A DNA stretch of 40,875 nucleotides from a virus. Taxonomy: Duplodnaviria > Caudoviricetes. A program made the translations under genes and the position numbers. Shown here one piece after another: positions 7,770 to 17,063 of this stretch. Position 1 is the first letter of the stretch; every line of letters begins with the position of its first letter. Under the pieces are notes generated by a model that searched no databases, had not been told where the DNA came from, and saw only the letters and a list, made by a program, of their open reading frames with translations. Location of the stretch: positions 1 through 40,875 of the IMG/VR virus record IMGVR_UViG_3300031577_000188, one strand, 5' to 3'.

Positions 7770-8565
7770 TTATAAATTCTATCCAAGTCTACTTGACCAA
7801 TACGAGAAGTATTTGAGAGCGGACGAACAGGTGGAAGCATATTGGAACATCGATAATGAAACCGGGGAATATAAAAAGTCCCCGGAAGAAATTGAAGCTG
7901 AACTGAAGCAAAGCTTGTTGGATTCTATCAACCGTGTTCCCTTTGAAAGTGAGGCGGCTGATAAGGGAACAGCTTTCAATGAGATCATTGATTGCTATGT
8001 GCATAGTCGTGGGCATGTGCCTGATGAACGTAATAACTTCACCATTAAAGGTGATGAAGAAAGGAACATTATCATGGTTGAGTTCCCGAATAGGCGCTTC
8101 ATGTTTGACAGGCAGTGGTGCATTGAACAAGCGAGCTACTTTGAAAGTGCCGTTTCTCAATTGTTCGTCTCCGCAACTCTTCCCACACAATTTGGTGATG
8201 TTGAACTCTATGGGTTTATTGATGAACTCATTCGTGATACGGTGTACGATATCAAAACAACATCAAAGTATGAGTTTGGCAAGTACGAACATGGCTGGCA
8301 ACGCCATGTGTATCCGTATTGTTTGATTGCATCCGGCCAGATGGAGAGTGTGAAAGCTTTTGAGTTTACCGCTTATGCTTTGAAAGGTGGTACCAGTAGA
8401 ACACCGCTTGTAAGTGGCACACAGTATCCGGAGTATTACACTTACAATCACAAGCAGAGTACTCAAATGCTGATAAACCATTGTGAGGCATTCATTCAGT
8501 TTTTGGAAGCGAACAGAGAATTGATAACTGATAAAAAAGTGTTTGGAGGGCAAAACAATGAGTAA
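7753..8565 (+). CDS. PD-(D/E)XK exonuclease-like protein
   Basis: AADKGTAFNE, LYGFIDEL, YDIKTT and WQRHVY; adjacent to the Sak4-like gene. Confidence 0.75.
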   Translation: MNVRPDYKFYPSLLDQYEKYLRADEQVEAYWNIDNETGEYKKSPEEIEAELKQSLLDSINRVPFESEAADKGTAFNEIIDCYVHSRGHVPDERNNFTIKGDEERNIIMVEFPNRRFMFDRQWCIEQASYFESAVSQLFVSATLPTQFGDVELYGFIDELIRDTVYDIKTTSKYEFGKYEHGWQRHVYPYCLIASGQMESVKAFEFTAYALKGGTSRTPLVSGTQYPEYYTYNHKQSTQMLINHCEAFIQFLEANRELITDKKVFGGQNNE

Positions 8566-8860
8566 TATTTCGGATATAATGAGTGTCAATGTTAACAACC
8601 TGCGAGAGAGGCAATATTCTGCTTTGAAATCTTATGTATTAGAAACATTGAACAGAGTGGCCAAGGCAATAGAAGAAGATCGGTTAAGCGATATTGAAAG
8701 CGAATTAAGCTTTAGTCCCGCAGGTGATGGATATGGATGCAACAACCATTTCATTGACTTTAATTGGGAAAAAGGGGATGAAACAATTGACATGGCCGAG
8801 GTCACTAATATGCTTATGGAACTCTCCGGACATGAGTTTAAAATGATTGGAGTATTATGA
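8558..8860 (+). CDS. Hypothetical phage protein
   Basis: ORF overlap-coupled with both neighbours; ATG at 8558. Confidence 0.65.
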   Translation: MSNISDIMSVNVNNLRERQYSALKSYVLETLNRVAKAIEEDRLSDIESELSFSPAGDGYGCNNHFIDFNWEKGDETIDMAEVTNMLMELSGHEFKMIGVL

Positions 8861-9282
8861 GTCAGGAAGCAGTTCTAACGAAGAAAGACGGACAGGTAGA
8901 GTTATCAAAGCCATTAGAGTTTATGTATTCCCAGTTGAGGAATGGACGTTATCGGTTGAAGATTGAACGTTATGTTGAACAACGTACTATTCCACAAAAT
9001 GCGTTGATGTGGTTATGGTTTACATGTATTGAAAGAGAGACAGGGTCGGATAAACAAGATGTGCATGATCGCTACTGCATGCTCTTTCTTCGTAGAACTG
9101 TTTTAATTAATGGCGTAGAGGAGACCGTTTGCAGGGGTACTTCCCAATTAAACACGTTGCAAATGACTGACTTTATGAATAAGGTTAAGGCGGATGCGGC
9201 GACTGAAATGGGAATAATTCTCCCTCTTCCGGAAGATCGATACTATGCCGAGTTTATTAACGAGTATAAAGATAGAAGATAA
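8857..9282 (+). CDS. NinB/Orf-like recombination accessory protein
   Basis: RTIPQNALMWLW and TSQLNTLQMTDFM...GIILP. Confidence 0.7.
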   Translation: MSQEAVLTKKDGQVELSKPLEFMYSQLRNGRYRLKIERYVEQRTIPQNALMWLWFTCIERETGSDKQDVHDRYCMLFLRRTVLINGVEETVCRGTSQLNTLQMTDFMNKVKADAATEMGIILPLPEDRYYAEFINEYKDRR

Positions 9283-9284
9283 TT

Positions 9285-9911
9285 ATGCAAATTACAAAAG
9301 CAAAAATTACAAAGGACAATACGATTGTAGCAACGTATACCAATGAGAATGGTGACACGGTTACCATTGAGGGAAAGAACATTGTTCATAAGGATTTGAC
9401 TGCCGCTTTTAGCGAGCTTATTCCTCACTTGACAATCCTGTGCGAACAGAAAGAGGCGGACGGGAAACTTCTCGGTAATCTTCCCGATGAGATATATTCC
9501 AAATTGGAGGTTGCCGGCTATTCAATAGGTGGTAGTGATGACAGTGAGGGAGTTACTCTGACGGGAAAACGTTTCCTTATGAGCAAGAAGGTGCTTAATC
9601 TGAATGCGCCGTTTACGATGTTCAACAATGAGAATGAAGAGTACGAGTATGCGTTGGATCTTTATGAGTGCGTGCAGAAATGCAGCTATGAGGTAGAACA
9701 GTACTTGTTTGAAAAGAAATGGGCTATTGTGCAACAAGAGTTACCGTTTAAAGATGGTGAGGCAAGCGATATGCCGTTTGAGGATATTAATCCCGATGCG
9801 GTTGCGGAAGCGGTAGAGGGCTTTGAGAATGCGGGTGTAACGTTTATTATTAACGGTGAGGAAGCGAAGCCGAAAAAGTCCCGTAAATCCAAGAAAGAAT
9901 TAGTAGCATAG
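9285..9911 (+). CDS. Hypothetical phage protein
   Basis: 208 aa ORF in operon; acidic C-terminal half. Confidence 0.75.
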   Translation: MQITKAKITKDNTIVATYTNENGDTVTIEGKNIVHKDLTAAFSELIPHLTILCEQKEADGKLLGNLPDEIYSKLEVAGYSIGGSDDSEGVTLTGKRFLMSKKVLNLNAPFTMFNNENEEYEYALDLYECVQKCSYEVEQYLFEKKWAIVQQELPFKDGEASDMPFEDINPDAVAEAVEGFENAGVTFIINGEEAKPKKSRKSKKELVA

Positions 9912-9915
9912 TTAT

Positions 9916-11586
9916 ATGGCAGCACCTTTACTTATTACACGCACACCGGATTGCTATAAGATTCAGTTTGTGTTTCACCCATTGTTGAATGAGTGTGTTA
10001 AGCGGATACCGTCGAGGGAGTGGGTGCATGATGAAAAGTATTGGAGGGTTAGCATTGGTGATTATGATTATGTGAACAAGTTTTCTCAATGGGCCGTAAA
10101 TCGGGGACTATGCTCACGGTTGCAATACCGGGAACAGAAGGACATCGATAAGGATTATTCACTTCCTGATATGCCGAAGCTAAATGTTCCTCATGGCTTG
10201 AAACTAGAGCCGTATGATTATCAGAAAGAGGGCATCGCTTACGCATTGCAGCATAAGCGGTGTATATTCGGAGATCAGCCCGGTTTAGGGAAAACACTTC
10301 AGGCAATAGGCACGGTTACGATATCAAAGGCGTATCCGTGCCTTGTTGTTTGTCCTGCATCGTTGAAGATAAACTGGCAACGTGAGTTTCACAAGTTTGC
10401 CGGAAAGAATGCCCTTATACTTGATGATAGGAGTAAGGCATCATGGCAACGCTTCTATGAAACAAAGTGCTGTGATATCTTCATAGTGAATTATGAATCA
10501 TTGAAAAAATTCTTTGTTCGTGGCATTAAAGAACAGGCCCGTTTCACAATGAAGTCGATAGATTTTGATCCACGTATTGACTTGTTCAAATCGATCATCA
10601 TCGATGAATCACACAAATGTAAATCAACGAAGACGCAACAGGCAAAGTTTGTTGAGGGTATCGCCAAAGGCAAAGAGTATGTGTGTTTGCTTACCGGTAC
10701 GCCGGTTGTGAATGACAATACCGACCTTATACAACAGCTTAAGATCATGGACCGGTTAGAGGACTTTGGCGGGTACAAATACTTCTTTGAAAAGTATTGC
10801 GATGGCCCGAAGAGGTCAAGCAATTTAAAGGAACTCAATTGGCGGTTATGGCATACGTGTTTCTTCCGAAGGGAGAAAAGCAAGGTACTTACTCAATTGC
10901 CCGATAAGACACGCCAGTACTTGACGCTCGATATCACTACCCGGAATGAATACCAAAAGGCCGAGGCGGATTTTATCAGTTATCTGCGAAATTACAAGAA
11001 TGCGGATGATGAAAAGATAGCCAGGGCCGTACGTGGTGAGGTGATGGTTAAGATGGGTATTCTCAAAGCGATATCGGCACGTGGGAAGATCAAGGCGGCT
11101 GCCGACTTTATTCATGATGTTATTGATGGAGGTGAGAAACTGATTGTGTTTGCCTACCTGAAAGAGGTTGTGATGGAGCTGAAGAAAATGTTTCCGGATG
11201 CGGTGACTGTTACCGGTGATGACAGCCCGGTACAGAAACAACATGCCGTCGATGCCTTTCAAGAAGATCCTAATTGCAAGCTTATTATTCTGAACTACAA
11301 ATCAGGTGGTACGGGGCTTACGCTAACGGCCAGCTCGCGTGTGGCATTCGTTGAGTTCCCGTGGACATTCTCCGATTGCGAACAGGCGGAGGATAGGGCA
11401 CACCGTAACGGACAGAAAAACAGTGTGAACTGCTATTACTTTCTCGGGAAAGATACGATTGATGAATACATGTACAAGGTCATTCAGATAAAGAAGGACA
11501 TCGCAAACGGTGTTACGGGTACGGATGATCAGGTGCAGGAGGATATTATTCAAATGACAATGGATTTATTTAAAACAAAATTATGA
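9916..11586 (+). CDS. SNF2-family (SF2) helicase
   Basis: GDQPGLGKT, IIDESH, LTGTP, GTGLTLT and QAEDRAHRNGQ. Confidence 0.93.
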   Translation: MAAPLLITRTPDCYKIQFVFHPLLNECVKRIPSREWVHDEKYWRVSIGDYDYVNKFSQWAVNRGLCSRLQYREQKDIDKDYSLPDMPKLNVPHGLKLEPYDYQKEGIAYALQHKRCIFGDQPGLGKTLQAIGTVTISKAYPCLVVCPASLKINWQREFHKFAGKNALILDDRSKASWQRFYETKCCDIFIVNYESLKKFFVRGIKEQARFTMKSIDFDPRIDLFKSIIIDESHKCKSTKTQQAKFVEGIAKGKEYVCLLTGTPVVNDNTDLIQQLKIMDRLEDFGGYKYFFEKYCDGPKRSSNLKELNWRLWHTCFFRREKSKVLTQLPDKTRQYLTLDITTRNEYQKAEADFISYLRNYKNADDEKIARAVRGEVMVKMGILKAISARGKIKAAADFIHDVIDGGEKLIVFAYLKEVVMELKKMFPDAVTVTGDDSPVQKQHAVDAFQEDPNCKLIILNYKSGGTGLTLTASSRVAFVEFPWTFSDCEQAEDRAHRNGQKNSVNCYYFLGKDTIDEYMYKVIQIKKDIANGVTGTDDQVQEDIIQMTMDLFKTKL

Positions 11587-11768
11587 GTAGTGAAAATACA
11601 GAGAAAAAATCTCTTGTCTCCTTTACTATTGTAGAGGGCGAAAAGGGAAGAATCAGAATAGTGAATCCGAATGTGAGTGGTGAAGGCATCAGCATTGTTT
11701 TATTCGGTTCACTGATTAAGCATTTGGCGGAGATTGAAAGTTGGTATAACCAGACTACGCAGAAATGA
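11583..11768 (+). CDS. Small hypothetical protein
   Basis: 61 aa ORF with ATGA overlaps on both sides. Confidence 0.6.
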   Translation: MSSENTEKKSLVSFTIVEGEKGRIRIVNPNVSGEGISIVLFGSLIKHLAEIESWYNQTTQK

Positions 11769-12115
11769 GACCACAAAGTGAAAGCCAGATACAACACGGA
11801 TGCATCGCTTGGTTCAGAACTCAATATCCTTTTTTGTCACGCTTACTGTTTGCCGTTCCTAACGGTGGTAAGCGTGATAGGAGGACGGGAGCACAGATGA
11901 AGTACGAGGGGTGCATGCGTGGCGTGGCAGACTTAATATTGTTGGTACCGAAAAAAGGTTATGCATCCCTGTGTATTGAGATGAAAACCCCGAAAGGAGT
12001 ACAGAGTGATGAACAAAGGATATGGCAGCGGTCTGCTGAAAAGGCGAATAACAAGTATGTTGTCTGCCGTTCTTTGGAAGAATTTATGAATGAAGTTAAT
12101 TCCTATCTAAGATGA
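11765..12115 (+). CDS. VRR-NUC domain nuclease
   Basis: ESQIQ, AVPNGG, GVADL, IEMKTPKG and QSDEQ. Confidence 0.9.
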   Translation: MRPQSESQIQHGCIAWFRTQYPFLSRLLFAVPNGGKRDRRTGAQMKYEGCMRGVADLILLVPKKGYASLCIEMKTPKGVQSDEQRIWQRSAEKANNKYVVCRSLEEFMNEVNSYLR

Positions 12116-12816
12116 ACTATATAGAATTAATTAATCAGTTTTGGTCAATCAGAAGATATAAGCCGATGACAGCACATGAAGCAGACTTCTATTTCTTTCT
12201 ACTAAAGGAATGCAACATGCGGAACTGGCTTTGCCCCTTTGACTTGCCAACACGTTTAATCCAAGCCGAATTAGGTTATTCAAATAAAGTGATAATTGAT
12301 TTGCGCAACCGATTAAAGCAAAAAGGGCTGATTGATTTTATTGAAGGAAATAGAAGGGAAAGGGCGGCTGCTTATATTTTGGTTTCTGTGAGTAACCAAA
12401 ACAGTAATCAAACTAGTAACCAAATTGGCAACCAAAACGGTAATCAAATTGGTAACCCTTTAAATACTAAACAAAAACAGAAACAAAAACAAGAGAATAA
12501 CTCTAACGAGTTATTTGCGCAAAGTGAAATTCAACCACCTAAAATCAAACGCCCTAAAAAAGAATTTATACCACCGACACTCGAGGAAGTTAAAGCCTAT
12601 TTTTCCGGTAAGCTTCCCGAGTGGGAACAGCAGGCCGAAATATTCTTCAACCATTTTGAAAGTTTGGGCTGGAAAGCGGGTAATGGCGTGAAAATCCAAC
12701 GCTGGGATAGTAGGGCTAATCTGTGGATAATTGAAAAATCAACGAAGAATGGAAACAAGAAGCAGACGAATGATGACCTTGGAACAGATGTTATCATACG
12801 GTCGACCACGGCCTGA
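12112..12816 (+). CDS. Phage replication initiator (wHTH N-terminus)
   Basis: MNYIELINQFW...RNRLKQKGLIDF; low-complexity linker with iteron-like repeats; C-terminal FIPPTLEEV...FFNHFESLGWK; precedes a loader ATPase. Confidence 0.75.
   Translation: MNYIELINQFWSIRRYKPMTAHEADFYFFLLKECNMRNWLCPFDLPTRLIQAELGYSNKVIIDLRNRLKQKGLIDFIEGNRRERAAAYILVSVSNQNSNQTSNQIGNQNGNQIGNPLNTKQKQKQKQENNSNELFAQSEIQPPKIKRPKKEFIPPTLEEVKAYFSGKLPEWEQQAEIFFNHFESLGWKAGNGVKIQRWDSRANLWIIEKSTKNGNKKQTNDDLGTDVIIRSTTA
12391..12457 (+). repeat. Tandem 12-bp repeats (about 5.5 copies), putative origin iterons
   Basis: agtaaccaaaac agtaatcaaact agtaaccaaatt ggcaaccaaaac ggtaatcaaatt ggtaacc, followed by an A-rich tract. Confidence 0.7.
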
Positions 12817-13414
12817 GCCGTTTACGTCGGAGGAGAGACCCCGGTTATTTGTTGAGTGTTGCAAATTTATTTGTCCTCAATTTAGCATTGATGACAGGAA
12901 CAAGGCTCTGATGAATGAAGTCTATCGTTACTTTGAGGGCACTTCTGCAAAGTATGACCACGACAAAGGCCTGTGGCTGTGGGGTACGATCGGCACGGGT
13001 AAATCTACCATCATTCAAATCATGAACTATTACAGCAAGTTTTCCAAAGGTCTTGACCGTGGGGATTACCCTATCGGAGGATTTCGCATTGAATCGACCT
13101 CTACTGTGGCGAATAAGTTTGCAATGAAGGGACAGGATGCCATCGAATTGTACACGTACAACAATGGCCGGCCCCGCACGATTGCTTTCGATGAACTGGG
13201 TAGGGAACCTTTGCCGGCAAAGTATTTCGGGACGGAACTCAATGTGATGCAGTACGTGTTTCAATCCCGCTATGAATTGCGCAAAGAGTGTTTAACACAT
13301 GTGACAACGAACCTGAGTCTTATCGAGGTGCAGAAGAAGTACGGCTCATACATAGCCGATAGAATCAATGAAATGTTTAACGTAATCGAATTGACAGGGA
13401 GGAGTAGGAGATGA
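12749..13414 (+). CDS. DnaC/IstB-like ATPase (helicase loader)
   Basis: GLWLWGTIGTGKS, FDELGRE, THVTTNL and IADRINEMF...GRSRR. Confidence 0.85.
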   Translation: METRSRRMMTLEQMLSYGRPRPEPFTSEERPRLFVECCKFICPQFSIDDRNKALMNEVYRYFEGTSAKYDHDKGLWLWGTIGTGKSTIIQIMNYYSKFSKGLDRGDYPIGGFRIESTSTVANKFAMKGQDAIELYTYNNGRPRTIAFDELGREPLPAKYFGTELNVMQYVFQSRYELRKECLTHVTTNLSLIEVQKKYGSYIADRINEMFNVIELTGRSRR

Positions 13415-13521
13415 AGGAAAGTAAATTCTTACTTAGTGCGCTGTGTATCGCATCCGTTTATGTGGCTTTTTATGTGATCATATACCAGATTTCATCATTC
13501 TTTATCAAACAACTAATCTGA
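13411..13521 (+). CDS. 36 aa single-TM peptide (below the ORF-track cut-off)
   Basis: MKESKFLLSALCIASVYVAFYVIIYQISSFFIKQLI; ATGA overlap upstream, and its stop is 1 nt before the next ATG. Confidence 0.5.
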   Translation: MKESKFLLSALCIASVYVAFYVIIYQISSFFIKQLI

Positions 13522-13522
13522 A

Positions 13523-14338
13523 ATGGCAGCTGATGAATCGCCTGTACAGGTGCGGGAGCTCGAGAAAATAATGAGCGGTTTTAGTTATTCTAACGGATTA
13601 GATGTAAGTCGCGTGTTTGATGATCTTCTGATGTATATTATCTATTACTTCACTCCTAATGCGAAGCCTTTGGAGAGCTGGAAGTACAAGAAAGAGCAAA
13701 CGGCTGTTTTCTGGCAGATGTTCCAAGAATGGATTAAGATCATGAATAAAGAAACGTCTCTTTCTGATTGGTATGATGCTTTTGGCGATCTGTATATGGC
13801 TTGTGTTGCCAGTAAGTCGAGAACACAAGGAAGTGGTCAGTTCTTCACACCATGCGAGATTTGCGATCTAATGGCGGACATTAACGGTGACGGGGAGAAA
13901 GTAGTCGGCAAACTAATTTCTGATCCCACATGTGGTTCCGGTCGTACGTTGCTTTCTTGGCATGTTCGCAATCTAGGTAATTATTTATGTGGCGAGGACA
14001 TGGATAGAACATGTTGTCTTATGACGGTTTGTAACTTCATCATACACGGGTGTGTTGGCGAGGTTATTTGGCACAACAGCTTGGACCCCGGTAGTTATTA
14101 TGGAGGTTGGAAGGTGAATGAACATCTGAATGCATTTGGTATGCCATCTGTCCGGGAGATAGCCCGTGAAGAATCAAAGGTTTGGCAAGCATGGGAGAGC
14201 AGACGGCTGGAACATAATTCAGGGAAAGAGGAAATTATACCGGTAAAGCCGGAAATAATAACGCCTATTGAGGAAATTAGTACGAAGAAGAGGAAAAACG
14301 TGCTGGGAAAAGCGCTTCAGCTAAATCTCTTCGATTAA
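13523..14338 (+). CDS. N6-adenine methylase-like protein (N6_Mtase N-terminal part)
   Basis: GQFFTP and DPTCGSG motifs; no NPPY/F catalytic motif visible. Confidence 0.8.
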   Translation: MAADESPVQVRELEKIMSGFSYSNGLDVSRVFDDLLMYIIYYFTPNAKPLESWKYKKEQTAVFWQMFQEWIKIMNKETSLSDWYDAFGDLYMACVASKSRTQGSGQFFTPCEICDLMADINGDGEKVVGKLISDPTCGSGRTLLSWHVRNLGNYLCGEDMDRTCCLMTVCNFIIHGCVGEVIWHNSLDPGSYYGGWKVNEHLNAFGMPSVREIAREESKVWQAWESRRLEHNSGKEEIIPVKPEIITPIEEISTKKRKNVLGKALQLNLFD

Positions 14339-14382
14339 TCACTCGCTAGATAATAATTGATTTGAAAGGAGGTGAATGGAGG

Positions 14383-14568
14383 ATGAAACTAACCATCTAT
14401 TGGGTAACAAAAGATGCAGATAGTATTCAGCGCATAAGAGAGAAATTCAATCTGTCATCCGACACAACTGTCAATGGAGAAACTCCTGCAGAAATACGAG
14501 AGGAGGATATTTCGCTACTGAGAGAGACAGAAAAAAGAGGGTTTCTTCGAATCAGGAATAAGCAGTAG
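14383..14568 (+). CDS. Small hypothetical phage protein
   Basis: MKLTIYW...TTVNGETPAEI...LLRETEKRGFLRIR; last gene of the early operon. Confidence 0.65.
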   Translation: MKLTIYWVTKDADSIQRIREKFNLSSDTTVNGETPAEIREEDISLLRETEKRGFLRIRNKQ

Positions 14569-14850
14569 CAAGAGTAGCTACATGACACTCTTAAATTTTT
14601 TCACGATACCCCAAACAGGGATTACAGTTCCCAATTCTAATTCATTGGATTCTTGCATTTGATCTTTGTTGGTTATACAAAAACGCTTATCTACCATTAA
14701 AGATTAGCCGATAAACAATTATTGATTTATGAGAGATATTCTAATAAAAGAAAATAAAACATTCAAATATTATTCTATTTTTGTAATCAATAAAACGTAT
14801 TTTTATGTAGTAAGTATATGTGAGTGTAATAAACAAAAGAATAAGATAAG

Positions 14851-15645
14851 ATGAATTTGAATCAAGAAAACAGAGATAAAAATCAACCAAGGCCTCCTGT
14901 GCTTTATAAATACATTGATATTGATGGTGCAATAATGATGCTTTATTATAGCGATTTGCAGTTCACTAATGCAACTAAGCTCAATGACCCTTTTGATTGT
15001 CATCCAAGCTTAATAGACTTCTCTAAAGTTCCTCCTGAAAAATCTAAAGGATGGGATAAAAAGCTTATTGAAGGGTTAGTGTCACACCGACATCAAAGAT
15101 ATCGAGAAAAAATTTGGGTATGCTGCCTGTCGAAAGCCTTTGATTCGTTATTAATGTGGAGTTATTACAACAATCATAAAGGGGTATGCATTGGTTTGAA
15201 TATAGAGAAAGTTGTAGAATATCTCAATTCGTCACTTGGGATGATGGTTAGCAATTTCGGCCATGAGGTTCAATATTGTGACATTATTGAGAAACCTGAT
15301 TATTTCCAATCTCAGACTGATCTATTTTATTATCAAATGTGCACAAAAGGAAAAGCTTGGGAGCATGAACAGGAGGTTCGCATGTTTATTTCTGATCCTT
15401 CACCTTGGTGTATGAGCTTGTTGCCTGGCCAAAATGATAAATATGGAGCAATAGATGGAAAAGAAATAAGAGTTTTTCCTAAGATAGGAGGAGAATGTTT
15501 TGAATCCATATATCTTGGTGCTAATATAAAAGAAAAGGACAAAGGTAAAATAATCAAGTTGGCTAGAAAGTTAAATCCTGATATTAAAATATATCAAATG
15601 GAAATTAACTCAAATGCTTTTAGATTAGATGCGAGCCAATTATGA
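14851..15645 (+). CDS. DUF2971 family protein
   Basis: LYKY, LNDPFDC, CCLS, LLMWSYY, HKGVCIG and K..AWEHEQEVR. Confidence 0.85.
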   Translation: MNLNQENRDKNQPRPPVLYKYIDIDGAIMMLYYSDLQFTNATKLNDPFDCHPSLIDFSKVPPEKSKGWDKKLIEGLVSHRHQRYREKIWVCCLSKAFDSLLMWSYYNNHKGVCIGLNIEKVVEYLNSSLGMMVSNFGHEVQYCDIIEKPDYFQSQTDLFYYQMCTKGKAWEHEQEVRMFISDPSPWCMSLLPGQNDKYGAIDGKEIRVFPKIGGECFESIYLGANIKEKDKGKIIKLARKLNPDIKIYQMEINSNAFRLDASQL

Positions 15646-15751
15646 CGACAACTATTCTAAGGTTACTTAACAAGGTTTCTTTTTTGTAGTTAATCTAAAC
15701 ATTCAATAAAAGACAAAAAGGAGAAATTATGATAAAAAGGAAAAACTGTGA

Positions 15752-15919
15752 AGAGTTCCTAATGACTTTTACCCGCTTCCTAGTGAAACGTTCCGGTTTT
15801 ATTATACTTCTGCATTGACTGACCAGCAGACCATTGACGTGTATGTGGAAAATCGTTTTCAGCAGTTGGTTCAACTGACTTTCTCCTTCAATAATGATAG
15901 CAGTAAGGAAGAGGAATAA
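15752..15919 (+). pseudogene. 3' remnant resembling DUF3872/TraQ of Bacteroides conjugative transposons
   Basis: Frame reads PNDFYPLPSETFRFYYTSALTDQQTIDVYVENRFQQLVQLTFSFNNDSSKEEE*, with an in-frame stop just upstream and no start. Similarity is recalled, not searched. Confidence 0.6.
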
Positions 15920-16013
15920 ACCTTTTTGTATGAATGTGTTAAGAAGCATTGGAGTTTTTTTCTCCAATGCTTCTTTTTGATTAACTTTGCGGAAAATTAA
16001 AATATTTCATACC

Positions 16014-17063
16014 ATGAGAAGTGAAGAGTATAAATATGTAACAACGTGTTTTTTTGAACATGAAATATATACGTTTCCAATGACGGTTGGAGATTTATTG
16101 CAAATACAATATGTTGCTCCAAGAGGGGTCAGTACAGAACAAGGTGCTGTCCAAAGAATATTAAATAAAAAACGGATTACCCAAATAAAAGATTTTGTAT
16201 TGGCTGGAAATACATTCGTAAATACTTTTATTTTAAATTGGACTGATTCGGAGAACCTTCCAAAAATAAAAAAAGAGACATTGAATATTCCATTGCAGGG
16301 AAGAAGAGCTCAAATTTTAGATGGACAGCATAGAATTGCTGGATTACAAGAGGCAGTCAATGTCAAATCTGAAATTGGAAAAACCGAAGTTTTAGTTTCG
16401 CTTTGCATTGGGCTTAAAACCCAAGATGCCGCTAAAATATTCCTAAATATCAATAGCGAGCAGAAGCCTGTTCCCAAAAGTCTTATATATGATTTGTTTG
16501 GAGAAGCAATTGAGGATAGGGAACATGCAATAAATAGAGTAACAGATATTATTAATTTCCTAAATACAAATGAAGAATCTCCATTCTTCCAATTTGTAAA
16601 ATATCCGGGGTCTCCAAGAACATCAGGACTTATTGATTTAGCTATTATGGTGAACGCTATGAAATCGTATTTTGAAAAAGATGGTGCATTTGATAGACTT
16701 AAATTATCTGAAATAGAGACACAGCAGAAAATAATTTTGAATTTCTATTCAGCCATAAAAGAGACATACAACAAAACGAATAAAATTTGGGATAAGAAAA
16801 TAGAAAACCCTTTTATTAAAGCTGCGGGGTTCAGTGGAGCTTTTGATTTTTTGATTGACACTCTAATTCCAAGATGTCAAGTAGATAAGAGTTTTTCAAT
16901 TGAACACATGGTTTCCCTGATGAAATTGGATAGTGATGATTTAATTACTGTAACTGACATTAAATCGTTAGATGGAAAAACTGCCAAAAAGAAAATTAAG
17001 TTATTCTTCAATGATAATTTTATACAGGATGTTCCATCATCAAGCGATGAATATGAGTTTTAA
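16014..17063 (+). CDS. DGQHR-domain (DndB/ParB-like) protein
   Basis: VQRILNKKRI, ILDGQHRIAGL and FLNINSEQKPVPKSL; TAACTTTG promoter element at 15982-15989. Confidence 0.88.
   Translation: MRSEEYKYVTTCFFEHEIYTFPMTVGDLLQIQYVAPRGVSTEQGAVQRILNKKRITQIKDFVLAGNTFVNTFILNWTDSENLPKIKKETLNIPLQGRRAQILDGQHRIAGLQEAVNVKSEIGKTEVLVSLCIGLKTQDAAKIFLNINSEQKPVPKSLIYDLFGEAIEDREHAINRVTDIINFLNTNEESPFFQFVKYPGSPRTSGLIDLAIMVNAMKSYFEKDGAFDRLKLSEIETQQKIILNFYSAIKETYNKTNKIWDKKIENPFIKAAGFSGAFDFLIDTLIPRCQVDKSFSIEHMVSLMKLDSDDLITVTDIKSLDGKTAKKKIKLFFNDNFIQDVPSSSDEYEF

Noticed and set aside
7753-8565. Cas4 / CRISPR-associated nuclease
   Set aside because: No Fe-S cysteine pattern; its context next to a Sak4-like gene indicates a recombination exonuclease.
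12391-12457. CRISPR array
   Set aside because: 12-bp tandem in-frame repeats without spacers; no cas genes.
14576-14700. 39-codon minus-strand ORF (MVDKRFCITNK...)
   Set aside because: Short, with no recognisable motif or clear expression signals.
15695-15967. 90 aa minus-strand ORF
   Set aside because: Shadow of the plus-strand gene remnant and promoter region.
16014-17063. Dnd phosphorothioation system
   Set aside because: Only a DGQHR-domain gene is present; no dndA/C/D/E.
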